DNA from: Eledone cirrhosa
Lineage: Eukaryota
Direction: 5' to 3'
Length of the DNA stretch: 64,000 nucleotides
NCBI GenBank assembly: GCA_964016885.1
Contig: OZ024741.1
Span: forward strand, 138,570,001 to 138,634,000
Shown here: piece after piece, positions 1 to 12,311 of the stretch
Layout of the letters: the number at the start of each line of letters is the position of its first letter
Position numbering within the stretch: the first letter of the stretch is position 1
Notes under the pieces: model-generated
What the model was told of the DNA's origin: nothing
What the model saw: the letters and a program-made list of their open reading frames with translations, nothing else
Databases searched by the model: none
Program-made: the position numbers and the translations under genes

Positions 1-6
1 TATATA

Positions 7-113
7 TAACGAAGGAAATGTGGTAAGGAACCAGGTGGACCATAACGCACCAAAGTACTCAATACTTAGGGTAGTAGAGTGGGTAATAGGAACGAGTAGG
101 ACCCCGTTCCTAT
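7..113 (-). mobile_element. Minimal Penelope pLTR tail fragment with a 9-bp inverted end, between (TA)n tracts
   Basis: 7-105 is the reverse complement of about 35295-35395 (GGAC[C/T]ATAACGCACCA[A/G]AGTACTC..TAGTAGAGTGGGTAATA). ATAGGAACG (86-94) is inverted at 105-113. Confidence 0.7.
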
Positions 114-791
114 ATATATATATATATATATATATAAATATATAATCAACCTGGGCTATTTAGTTCAAATACATTTCCCAATGTGCTGCCCCAACACAAC
201 TGGTCCCTGAAAGCTGGTTGTTTAAAAATGTTATTCTTCATCACACAACCCTGCTTGCACCTATTTATGAATTGAATTGAAATATATATTTTAGGTTTGC
301 ATTTCTGCCTCTATCAATTGCGAAAGAGTGGTACGGGATATGTAATGAGTCAAATCAAAAGTCACAATACTGAGAAGTGAAGCCCCTGACCAACCCACTA
401 TGCTTCAGCTATGTCTATTAAATATAATTTGGAAATTATTTTTTCTTCAAGCACCATTATATTTCGTTTGTCATTAGATACGTTATCGACTTCTAAAGAT
501 TTTGAGGAAAAGGATAGGGTTTGAATGAAATATAATTCATGTAAATTGCTGACCATTACAGTGTAAAGTTATTATCTATTTAAGAACACCAAATCACATC
601 AATGACAGAAATAATTCAATGTCTATGATCATCATATAATTACTCTTCTTCATTTATATATATCAACTAAATCATCATCATTACTGTCAACATAATATGG
701 CAGCATTATTAAAGCACCCTTTGTCTTTATGATCAACGCCACTATTATAATCAACATTATGGTTCTTATCATCATTATCCTTATCATTAAT

Positions 792-982
792 GGCGGTGGA
801 TTGGCAGTATCGGTAGAGGGTCGGATGCCATGCTTTCCAGCATAGTTACGTCCTTTTACGATCTGAGCTCAAATCCTGCCGATGTTGACTTTGCCTTTCA
901 TCCTTACGGGGTCGATAAAATAAAGTAGCAGTAATGCACTGGGTAATTGCTGGCCTTGTGCCTGAAGTAGAAACAATTATCA
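792..982 (+). mobile_element. tRNA-derived SINE with Nin-like central domain
   Basis: GGCGGTGGATTGGCAG head, B-box-like GAGCTCAAATCC, GCCTTTCATCCTTACGGGGTCGATAAA core and an (ATT)n-type tail. About 10 copies in the window. Confidence 0.85.
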
Positions 983-984
983 TT

Positions 985-1640
985 ATCATTAACACTACCA
1001 TCATTTAACTGCACTTCTATTCCCTCCTCCATCTCCTTATCATTATAGACATTGCCATCATCCTTGAAACAACCACCACCACTTCCATCCCGTAAATATC
1101 ATCTACTTAACATAAATATCATCTACTTAGTCATCACCAACGTCGTCATTATGAACAACACCATAGGTATCATCAGCATCATCAGAATGATCACTAGATT
1201 TATCCTCATTCTCATCATCATCATATTCAACATCAACTTGAGACAAATCATCAGAATTATCTGGGATCACTCTCATAACAATCATATTCATAATCAACTT
1301 CACATCATCATCATTACTATCTACTTCACCATCTAGTTACTCAAGAACACCACCACTATCATCATCATCCTCATCGCATTTCCCATCAACATCATCACTA
1401 CCAAGAGAATCATCACCACAATCATTGTCAGCAACAGGACCACACAAGCACCATCATCATGAGTGCGGCCATTAGCTTGAAACCACCACCACCGCACCAC
1501 CAAACAATCATCCCCAAATCCCCACCACCCTAACAATCAACATCACTATCCTAATAATCAACACTACACCAGCGCGATCACCCTTAACTCCGTATGTAAA
1601 ATCTTCTCCACGGTACTTCATCATCGTCTTTATTGTCCAC
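985..1640. repeat. Degenerate (CAT/CAC/CAA)n trinucleotide low-complexity tract
   Basis: Continuous atc/acc triplet runs. ORFs here are low-complexity artefacts. Confidence 0.8.
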
Positions 1641-1821
1641 CTTGCTGTCATCTCCATAATAATTATAATGTAGATTTCAGTCTTGCAGCATTCCTCTATA
1701 ATTTCTTTCACATGAAATATATCTGTTTAGTGCTTTGGCTTTACAATGTTTAGTTTGACTCTCCTCATTCTATACTACAGGCTGTTCCACCAGTCAACCA
1801 ATCATAATCATAAGAAGAAAT

Positions 1822-1867
1822 TACACACACGAGCGCACACACACACACACATACACACACATACACA

Positions 1868-1950
<83 letters not shown>

Positions 1951-2000
1951 GATATATTTATATATATATATATGTTTGTATGTGTGTGTGTGTGTGTGTT
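1822..2000. repeat. Compound (CA)n-(TA)n-(TG)n microsatellite
   Basis: Read directly from the sequence. Confidence 0.95.
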
Positions 2001-2176
2001 AAGTATTTCCGAAGAAAAAGCAAGGGATAAAAGAGTGATCTATGTATAGAACAGAGATATGTAATTAGAAAGTAAACACCACAATATGTAACTACTCCAT
2101 GACCAAAAGTTTATATATACTGAAGTATACTGAAATATCCAAGAGTAAGGCCACTCAGTTCATAGAACGAGTTTAG

Positions 2177-2359
2177 TATAAATAATTACAACAGTGACAT
2201 AAACAGGTACTCAAGTTTCATTGGGTTCTGGGCCCCAATTCATTGAGCCTGTCATAAGAAAAACACGCTTTTTTTTCTCATGACAGCCTGAAGGATTTGG
2301 GGTCCAGAACCCAACGAAACTTGAGTACCTGTTTACGTCACTGTTGTAATTATTTATAT
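2177..2359. mobile_element. Palindromic mini-element with two inverted pLTR arms carrying decayed hammerhead motifs
   Basis: Arms about 2177-2262 and 2272-2359 are reverse complements. The + arm reads acagc CTGAAGG atttgggg..cccaac GAAA cttgag TA cctgt. Confidence 0.75.
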
Positions 2360-2399
2360 ATGTATATATATAAAAATAATAATAATAATATTATTTATA

Positions 2400-2915
2400 C
2401 TTATATATAAACTATATATAATTATAAACAGGAAAGGTCACTAATACATTACAACCGTATTACCAGTAAGAAAAGTAGCTCAATGTAAATACATCTGATG
2501 TTTTACAGAGCCGGAATATAAATTACAGAATAATCAAAACTATGTTCAAAGCATTTTATTGCTGACAATCGTTTCTTCCAAACTTTGGTTTGGTCTCATC
2601 GGAGCACTAGGAAAGTTTAGACATATAATTAACTTCCTATTCCACAGAATATCTTCTTTAATTCATCTTAATTGTTGTATTATTCTTTTATAATCTTTGT
2701 CGCATCCACTGATACTGACCACATCAGCTTCACTCTTTAAATATGACACTGTTAATGACAACACTAATATATACGTATCTTTACAATTGTTCTGTGGAAT
2801 AGGAGGTTAATTATATGTCGAAACGTTGCTGGTGCTCCGATACATTCAAACTTTCGTTTGTAAGAATCGATTGTCAGCAATAAAATGTTTAGAACATAGT
2901 TTTGATTATTCTGTA

Positions 2916-2921
<6 letters not shown>
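2400..2921. mobile_element. Inverted-repeat pLTR element with hammerhead motifs (same family as 29206-31078)
   Basis: Arms about 2516-2650 and 2790-2921. Minus-strand HHR at 2560-2606: tgct CCGATGA gaccaaac caaa gtttgg aa GAAA cgattg TC agca. The element runs into (TA)n. Confidence 0.8.
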
Positions 2922-2975
<54 letters not shown>

Positions 2976-2979
<4 letters not shown>

Positions 2980-3533
2980 AGTGTAATTTACTACACAAAA
3001 CGAAGGTTATAGAGAAAATTGAGGTTGGTAATGGCACATGGAATATATAAGAGACAGAATACTTTTTTGTGAAAAACATATAATTTTATAAGGTAAGGAA
3101 ATAATAAAGGGTATAAAAAATGACCGGTTTCGATGGGTCTGCAAAAGCCATCTTTTCAAATGTTGATTAATATTAAGAAAAATTAATAATAAGAAGAGTT
3201 AAAATTTGAGATTTGAAAATTCAAGTATAAAATTCATTGTGGGATTTCACAGTAGTTTTCATCTTGGTAGCAGCTCGTTGACTGCTGGGTGCCTTTCTGG
3301 TAGTGAATGAGAAGTTATTTGGGGGTGTAGGTTATTTTATAAAGGTCAAATTTAGCAATGGCCAGATGGCCAGCTGCTGGTCAGTGAGGGGTGGAAGCAA
3401 TATACATACATATATCTTCCTGTGGTAGGTAGGAGAGGGGAGATTGATAGAAAGGGATTTAGTGCACTTACACCTATATATACACACATACCTTCATCCA
3501 CACATACATACATATACATATACATACACATAC

Positions 3534-3589
<56 letters not shown>

Positions 3590-3717
3590 ATACATATACA
3601 CACGTACATACACACACACATACATATATATACACACACACATATATGCACATACACACACATATATATATATACACACACACACATATATATAAATACA
3701 CATACATCCAGATACAC

Positions 3718-3767
<50 letters not shown>

Positions 3768-5153
3768 GTGTACATACACATATATACACACATATACATA
3801 CACATATATATACACACACACCCCCACACATACATACACACACACACACACGCACACACAATACATACATCCACATGCACACACATACACACACACACAC
3901 ACACACATATATACACATACATACACCCACACACAGAGAAATGGCCTCCAAATATATATATATACGTACATACACATATATTTTTTCCATTATATAAGAA
4001 GTTAGAACAGTGAAATTAAAATACAAGTCATTCTGATCACATTGAGTTATTCATGTAGATTGGGCCCCACAACCGACAGTGGTGAATTCTGTGTGCGCAT
4101 ATATATATAGATATATGTGTGTGCACGTGCAGGGTTTAACATGGATGTGTTGGTCACACAAAGGCATGGTCTGTCAACGAATAAACCTGATTCTACAGAA
4201 TTGGTCTCTGGTCTTTAATAGTAGTGATAATTATATACATGCACACATACAAACACATATATCTGTCACACCGTGCGTATGTGTGTTTATATTTTATGGC
4301 AATTCTATTGGGGTGATAACCCGTTTAGTTTTGGTTTAAATTTGTTAAGGAATAGATTTTCTTTGTTTATTCTTTGTTGCTGTGTGAACGAATCTGAGCA
4401 CTTGTAGAAGGGGAAGATTTTAAAGTTGGGTAGTGTCATTCCTGCGCAGTTCGCAATATGGCTGCTCAAGGGGATTTTTCTTGTGCTAGCGTCCCGGATT
4501 TGTTGGCGGTGGATGGTCATTCTTTTGCGTAATGAGGTGCCCGACTGTCCTATGTAGTTGTGTTTGCACCCATCGCAAGTTATTGCGTAAATCAAGTTCT
4601 CCGAGTTGCAGGTGAAATTGTTTTTTACTGTAAATGTTTGGCCATCTTTAAATGTTAATTTTTGTCCTTCAGTGAGGTAGAGGCACGTTCCACAGTTTGT
4701 TCTACCACATTTGGTAACTGTAGGGTTGAGGATTGGTTTGGGTATATTTGGTCCAGTGAGAATGCGTTTTAGTGATTTGGGTTGTCTTTTACTTTTAAGG
4801 ATCTTGTGTGTTTCAAGAATAGACTTCATTTTTACATCTTTAAGTAGGATGGGGAGGTTTTTGTGTAAGTGATCAAACATTTCGGTATTTCTGGGGTTGA
4901 AAGTGGATACATATGGCAGGGTGTTGAGTGTGGTTTTCTATTTTGGATTGTTAAGTTGATGGGGATTTAGGTGTTTTGCCCTGTCTATTCCATTGTTGAT
5001 TATTTCAAGTGGAAAGGCTCTTAAGATAAGGGTGTCTTTTAGTTCCTTTAGTCTTTGCTCCCGTTTAGGTGGATCTGATACTATGGTACATATACGTTTG
5101 TGTGTGTATATATATGTGTATGTATATGTGTGTATATATGTGTATGTACACAC

Positions 5154-5203
<50 letters not shown>

Positions 5204-5322
5204 GTGTATCTGGATGTATGTGTATGTATATATATGTGTGTGTGTGTATATATATATATGTGTGTGTATGTGCATATATGTGTCTGTGTGTATATATGTA
5301 TGTGTGTGTGTATGTACGTGTG

Positions 5323-5385
<63 letters not shown>

Positions 5386-5908
5386 GTATGTATATGTATA
5401 TGTATGTATGTGTGGATGAAGGTATGTGTGTATATATAGGTGTAAGTGCACTAAATCCTTTTCTATCAATCTCCACTCTCCTACCTACCACAGGAAGATA
5501 TATGTATGTATATTGCTTCCACTCCCTCACTGACCAGCAGCTGGCCATCTGGCCATTGCTAAATTTGACCTTTATAAAATAACCCACACCCCCAAATAAC
5601 TTCTCATTCACTACCAGAAAGGCACCCAGCAGTCAACGAGCTGCTACCAAGATGAAAACTACTGTGAAATCCCACAATGAATTTTATACTTGAATTTTCA
5701 AATCTCAAATTTTAACTCTTCTTATTATTAATTTTTCTTAATATTAATCAACATTTGAAAAGATGGCTTTTGCAGACCCATCGAAACCGGTCATTTTTTA
5801 TACCCTTTATTATTTCCTTACCTTATAAAATTATATGTGTTTTCACAAAAAAGTATTCTGTCTCTTATATATTCCATGTGCCATTACCAACCTCAATTTT
5901 CTCTCTCT
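2976..5908 (-). mobile_element. 5'-truncated Penelope-like element with ~810-bp inverted pLTR arms
   Basis: 3010-3820 and 5099-5905 are near-identical reverse complements. They enclose an RT C-terminal/GIY-YIG ORF, and (TA)n lies on both flanks. Confidence 0.9.
4305..5097 (-). pseudogene. Penelope RT thumb/linker + GIY-YIG endonuclease (5'-truncated, one stop)
   Basis: KRICTIVSDP, SKRQPKSLKRIL, CGRTNCGTC, NLIYAITCDGC, YIGQSG..LRKRMTIH, KFKPKLN. Confidence 0.9.
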
Positions 5909-5955
5909 ATATATATATAAATGCGTGTGTGTGTATATATGTTTGTATATATATG

Positions 5956-6005
<50 letters not shown>

Positions 6006-6020
6006 CATATATATACAAAC

Positions 6021-6110
<90 letters not shown>

Positions 6111-6136
6111 ATATGTGTATGTATGTATGTATGTAT
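5909..6136. repeat. (TA)n/(TATG)n microsatellite
   Basis: Read directly from the sequence. Confidence 0.95.
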
Positions 6137-6195
6137 GCCGGCGGCGTCAGGGCTGGTTGAAGAAGACGACAAGCGGTAGGCCGCAGCTTCATATG

Positions 6196-6803
6196 TCAGG
6201 TCACCAGTTGGTGCTACTGGTAACATGTATCCCAGTACAACCCATATCATGGTCGGGTCGTTGGCGACTAAACTGGCAACCCCACCAAGGTTTCTTGGTG
6301 AGGAGGGTGACTTTGGACATCCTGCAGGACTAAAAACAAAACCTGTGAAAGTGCAAAGGAGCTCTTAAGAGTCAATGGACATCCAAAATCACCGGGAGAG
6401 ATGACCCCTTAGCCTTTGTCAAGGCAGAATTCTAGGAGACGGAAAACTCTGATATAACACCTGCAACCCTGATGGTATCCAATGATGTTGACTTGTTATT
6501 CTTTTTGGTAAATATCATCTTGGTTAACAGAGTGGGACTGGCTTTGTGCAGTGCCTTTGCTCACTATAAAGGCTTCACGGTACAGCATTGCTTTATATCT
6601 GGAGATCTCTCTGCACTTGTTGTCACATGGTACCGTGGGCCCATCACTATGTGTCAATAATTGTCACAAGTGTAGTGTTTGTACCAGAGTTTTCAAGTCG
6701 CTGGCTAGACTAAAAATTCACACTCGTTCAGCGCATCGGTAGGGGTTCTCCTACATAGATATAAAGTAGTGGCCGTACTCGAAAACGAGTTGGCAGCCAC
6801 CAT
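6196..6803 (+). mobile_element. ~610-bp non-autonomous RTE-derived retroposon, copy 1
   Basis: Highly similar to 17591-18196. Has an RTE 5'UTR-type motif (CTAGGAGACGGAAAACTCTGAT), a 3' C2H2 remnant (CSVCTRVFKSLARLKIHTRSAH) and an (ATGT)n tail. Confidence 0.75.
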
Positions 6804-6845
6804 GTATATATATATATGTGTGTATGTATGTATGTATATATATAT

Positions 6846-7242
6846 CCGGAGGAGATGACCTCTTAGCCTTTGTCAAGGCAGAATTCTAGAAGAAGGAAAA
6901 CTCTGATATAACACCTGCAACCCTGATGGTATCCCATGATGTTGACTTGGTCTTCATTTTGGTAAATATCATCTTGGTTAAGAGAATGTGACTACTTTGT
7001 GCAGTGCCTTTGCTCAGTATAAAAACTTCACGTCACAGGCATTGCTTTATATCTGGAGATCTCTCTTCACTTGTCGTCACATGGTGCCATGGGCCCATCA
7101 CTATGTCACAGGTGTAGTGTTTGTACCAGAGTTTTCAAGTCGCTGGCTGCACTAAAAAGTCACACTTGTTTAGGGCATCGGTAAGAGTTCCCTACATGGA
7201 TATAAAGTAGTGGCCGTACTCGAAAACGAGTTGGCAGCCACC

Positions 7243-7244
<2 letters not shown>
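6846..7244 (+). mobile_element. 5'-truncated copy 2 of the RTE-derived retroposon
   Basis: Matches about 6392-6803 and has the same 3' end GAAAACGAGTTGGCAGCCACCAT. Confidence 0.8.
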
Positions 7245-7280
<36 letters not shown>

Positions 7281-7342
7281 ATATATATATAGAATAAGTA
7301 AAAGCGAAGTAGTTTCAGATGTTAAAGTCCTTTAATAATAAT

Positions 7343-7416
7343 GCTGTGATATATATTTCAATGACGACACTGGCCACACTGTTCTGTGTGCGAGTGTCGT
7401 GACATCATCAGACAGC
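7343..7416 (-). ncRNA. Type I hammerhead ribozyme motif with long stem II
   Basis: Minus strand: gctgt CTGATGA tgtcacgacact..agtgtcgtcatt GAAA tatata TC acagc. Stem I is gctgt/acagc. Confidence 0.8.
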
Positions 7417-8556
7417 TTGTTACATAATAAGGTTGTTTCCGAGGCAATTCAAATTGAATCGACATGGGAACGGACGAAGTTCGTGCTTTTGGGTTTTTCA
7501 TCCGTTCCCTTACCCCCACCGGTCTGCGCAAGCGCATGTCCGAAGGAAGTTGACCATTAGCACCCCAGATTTCAACGAAATTCGCTGTCAGTGGCCCACC
7601 TATGCCTTGCCAAAGTTTACTGCTACCATCGCTACTGTGGCAGTCAGCCGAAAGCCAGAGATGATGGGAGGGTGTTAGTTTTTATAGGTCATAATACTAC
7701 CTTTCACTAAGCGTTGACAGTAAGACTGACCATCAACTCATAAGGTAAAATAAACTTAATTCTAGGTACTATGGTTTTACATAGTAAGTTAAGAGTGAGA
7801 GTTGGGAATAAAAATTAAAATTAAAGGTTAAAATTCTAAATCAAATATCGGAGATTATAAATTAAACAATAAAGAATTCAAAAATTCTAAATTCAAAAAT
7901 TTTTCAAGTGATAATTCGGATTAAGTAAAGATATACATTGAAGTGAGTAAATAATATGGAGAGAGATGTTTAAGTAATATGTTCTGGGAGGGATTCTAGT
8001 GTTACAGATATTGAACGGCATTGCCGGACCTTATAACGGAAGGCAAACCACATGGTTCAAGGCATTAGTCAATCCGTTACACGGTCATACTTTCCATCAC
8101 ATGGAACAGCGTCAAAGAAAAACAGACAAAAAGTACACAAAAGAAAAGAAAAGAACAGAGACAATAGTGAATAAATGCAAAAACACAGAGTACATATATG
8201 TAAAACGATCCATATGATTGTCCATCTGTCCATGTATAGATTGAATTTAGGGGGCCTCTGTTCAGAAGCGATTTGGTGCAGGAAAATAGGGGTTTATTTT
8301 ATTTTCTGTTTCCGCGTATTTATCCTGCCGGAAGATACTATTACGCCCGTCCAGTGTCAGGGGTTTTTCATCCCCACGGTAGAGGGGATTTCCGGGGTAG
8401 CTCTTGGTTGGGGAAGTCACTGAAAAATAAGTCTTTCAAAACAAATATGTGTGTGTGTGTGTGTAGTAGTAGTAAAGAGGTTCGTTGCTGTGATAATGGT
8501 CAGCAGGGATGTGTGTGCGAACCGCAGCCTGTTGACAGTTCAAATGCCTATTAAGA

Positions 8557-8559
<3 letters not shown>

Positions 8560-8649
<90 letters not shown>

Positions 8650-8675
8650 TTGTGTGTGTGTGTGTGTGTGTGTGT
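8560..8675. repeat. (TG)n microsatellite
   Basis: Read directly from the sequence. Confidence 0.95.
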
Positions 8676-8909
8676 AGCTGAGTAATTCGTTAACATAAAA
8701 ACAGGTAGAAATCCCAAAACTAATCAGATTAGAGCAAACATCACGGACGCTCTATCTCAAAATTATTTTTGAATAACATTAGAAATGCGCAACCGGTAAA
8801 ACTTAAAACCAAAACTGAATACTAACCAATACTATTACTAATTCTCACTTATTCCTAATGAAACTATTGTTCACTGTGAACAATTTGTCAGCATTTTCTT
8901 TTCCGTTTA

Positions 8910-8948
<39 letters not shown>

Positions 8949-8952
<4 letters not shown>

Positions 8953-10240
8953 AACATAAGGAAAGAAATCAAACATGATAATCGGATTTTCTCATAGAAT
9001 AACAGCAAAACATTTTCTAAAAGTAAATTATAGAACCGGTTTCAGCCGATAAGTAATTCGGCTCATTCATGCTACAGGAGATATGATAAAAAGTATACAA
9101 TAAAATTAAGTTGCATATTAATTAGAAATTAAGTTGCATATTAATTAGAAAATATAATTTACATATATATCAAAATTCACATTTTCGTTTATCTCTTTCT
9201 CTCTCTCTCTCTTCCTTCGTGGCTTGGTGGTAATAGCAGCTAAATTAAAAGTTGTCTTTTCCCCTGATACTGTCTGACTGGCTGTTGACTTCGATTGTAG
9301 AAATAGTAATATCAGTAGAAGGACAAAATAGAGAAGAGGAAGAGGAAGATGTGGTATTAATAATAGAGGTATAGTAAAGGAGGAAGTAAAAGACGAAGGG
9401 GGAGAAGGAGAGACAGAAGGAGACGATAGGGAAGTGTGGGAGTAATATAATTATTATAAATATTAGTAGTAATAGAAGCTCTCCATGGGCTGATCTTAAT
9501 TTAGAGTGACCTAAAATTAACCTGAATTAGTAATTGTTTCTAATTATATCAGGAAATACTGTCGTTCTTAATCCTTGTTGCAGTTTCTTCTGTAGTGGAT
9601 GCATTTAAACGGGTTCGTAGTTTGTGATTAAGTATGATTCTTTGCTAATGCGTTGATTGTGGGTAGCATTGTCTTTAAATATATAGAGGGGAAAAGTAAT
9701 GAATTGTGTTGTTCAATAGAAGCGCAGATGTCAATACTCATTCAACGCTATTTTTCTATATTCCGGTATTTTAATTTGGGATGTATGAACGGTCATACGC
9801 TGACGAAGAGTGCTTTTAGTTTGTCCCATGTACTACTCTCGACAACCTGAGCAAGTTAATACATATATCCGGTTTTCTGCTGCACATGACAAATTATTTT
9901 TAACCGTAAAGCGTTGACCCTGTTTGAAGTAGAACTCCGATCCCTCTGTTAGGTTGACGCAAATACCACAGTCAAGTATTCCGTATTTTTTTACTGTTGG
10001 TTTCGTTGTTGTGGTCGACTGTATTTTGACCTGTAGTACGATAATTTTCATTGACTTGGGTTGCCTTTTTCTCTTTATGATGTGCGTTCGAAGGATTTGG
10101 TTCATTCTATGATCACTTTTTAGTAAATGAAAGTTCTGGAGGATGCTGTCGAAGGCCTCATTGTTTAGGGGGTTGTGTGTGGTGATGTATAGTAGGCCTT
10201 TAAGTTTCGATTCATTCTTTAGTTTAGGGTGTCTAAGTTC
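8949..10240 (-). mobile_element. Degenerate 5'-truncated Penelope-like element (GIY-YIG region + 3' pLTR)
   Basis: YITTHNP, KRQPKSMK, CGICVNLTEG, NRIYVLTCSGC are homologous to 4305-4880. Decayed HHR at 9031-9074 (agccga..tcggct GAAA ccgg TT). Abuts (TA)n. Confidence 0.8.
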
Positions 10241-10332
10241 ATATATATGTATGTATAAGGTGCTATACATGTATGTGTGTGTGTGTGGCTGTGTGTGTAT
10301 GTGTGTGTGTGTGTGTATGTCTATATATCTTC

Positions 10333-10880
10333 GCTTCTTCTTCTTCACCCACTTATTCCTGAGAGGTTCATGAGAGCAGAGTCCTGAAACTTTCCTTCCA
10401 ATGGGGCCCTGTCAGATGCAACCGTTTCCAACCGAGACCAACCGAGGTCATGAATGTTATCCAACCATCCTCCTCAGATTCTACTCCCCGGTCTACTGTC
10501 GGTTGGTATCAGAGCTGTGATCTCTCAATTCAGAAAAGTAGCGGCTCTACCTAGAGCAATTCTCTGATTCTCGGGCTACGTATTCCATCCGGTAACGTTA
10601 ATCCAAAGACCCATCGGTTGAACACTATTTCGGCCGCTTATATTCGTGATCGTATTCCCATTCATACCCAAGATTCAAGGGTTGGCACGAATACCAAATT
10701 GAAGATAGCTAGTTTGGATTTTCACCTACCTCCCTTTTTCTCTTCTGAATACTGAAGCTCGTGCATTATCTCACCAGCTCCTGCAGTTCTTGCGCTTAAT
10801 TCAACCTCCGGGCTTCCTCCATTCGTGAACTTGAGAATTGAACTTCTTCACCTGCTTCTTTTAATGGTCTCCATTTAGCA
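10333..10880 (-). mobile_element. RTE-clade LINE 3' end (RT C-terminus, (GAA)n tail)
   Basis: Decayed RT C-terminal coding (KLAIFNLVFVPTL, RWLDNIHDLGWSRL). The (TTC)n at 10335-10346 is the tail. Confidence 0.65.
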
Positions 10881-10884
10881 TTTA

Positions 10885-11950
10885 TCCGAACTAAAATACC
10901 GGAACTTCACAACCTTTACATGTAAGGAGCAGAAACATGTGGAGGAGTCTAGATGCTACCAGCTAGATATAATCACGATTTCCTCAGCATTGTTCCATGT
11001 CTCTGGTACTGTAAATCTTTTGGCGGGTGGAAACTCCTCTATTCTGGTGTAGCACCATAAATGACTGCACAGACGAGGTTGGGGATACTCACGTATCTCC
11101 TGCTGTCAGAATGTATTAGGGATTAGATATCATTAGGATCGAGGAATTGCCTCTTGAAGCTTAGGCTGAGATATAGGTATCTGAGAGTGGTGCAAGTTTA
11201 TGCACCAAACAAGGACTGTGAATACAGGTTCTTCCTTGATGGAGTGAATGCAGCGCTATACTTAGTTAACACTGAATCATACAATCCATATGGGAAACTT
11301 CAATGAACATGTTGGTACTGACCACCTGACATGGAAAGGAACGATTGTAAGGAACAACAGTCCCGATATAAATACAATTGGAGAGGCCTTATTAGAATTA
11401 GCAATGGCCTCTGTGTAATGAAAACCTTCTTCCAGCAGAAATGTATACATAAATATGTTATAAGGGGAATCAGGGACAAAGATTACTAATTGTTTGTGTT
11501 ATTGTCTCTGATCTCTGCAGAGATGGATGTACGTGTAAAGAATGGTTATCTGTAACTTCAGACTACCTGAAACCAAATAAACCCAGGAAACAGTCAGATC
11601 CTGGTCAACCTGCAGCATAAATTGAGAAGATTGGCTAGATAAGTAAATCAGATAAGTTACAATTTCATCCATATTCAAAGAAGTCCCTGTTTAAACTCAA
11701 GACGTTGAAAAGGACTGGAGATTGTTCACCTCAGCAATTTATGCTTCAGCTGTTAAATACTACGAGTAAAATAGGCTTGGTATGGCGCCGGATAGCATGA
11801 GAAACCCTTGATTTTAAGAGGTCAAAGACGCCATCCGAGCAGAGTAGGAGGGCTACAAAACTTGCCTTGGAAATAAGAGCCCGATATTGCACTAGTCTTC
11901 TAGCAGACCATCTGTCGACGTTGTAATAAGTCCTCCTCCATACCTGCTAT
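10885..11950 (+). mobile_element. Decayed LINE APE endonuclease region (RTE-like)
   Basis: YQLDII, VVQVYAPN, GNFNEHVG and TFFQQK motifs with stops and frameshifts. Confidence 0.7.
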
Positions 11951-12040
11951 CAAAATTGTCTCAGGTGTTCTCTCTTTGTAGAGGTGCATCCTCTGTTGTG
12001 GAAGGTTCTGCATGAGTATCGTTACAACACACACGCACAT

Positions 12041-12072
<32 letters not shown>

Positions 12073-12084
12073 GCATATATATAC

Positions 12085-12158
<74 letters not shown>

Positions 12159-12311
12159 ATAAATGCTCTGAAATAGCGATATATATGTGAATATAGACAT
12201 AGAATATTCGAAAATATTCTGTATGTTTATAATAAACATTTTGAAGACCTAATCGCTATAGAATAGAATACGTCACGTATTACAATTAGATTCTCGATAA
12301 AAGCAAGGGAA

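Noticed and set aside
3352-6333. Long YI/HT/CV-rich ORFs (also near 20.7-21.3 kb, 27 kb and 58-59 kb)
   Set aside because: Translations of stop-free dinucleotide microsatellites, not genes.
6661-6742. C2H2 zinc-finger gene
   Set aside because: A single finger inside a thrice-repeated retroposon and disrupted in other copies. It is an RTE ORF C-terminal remnant.
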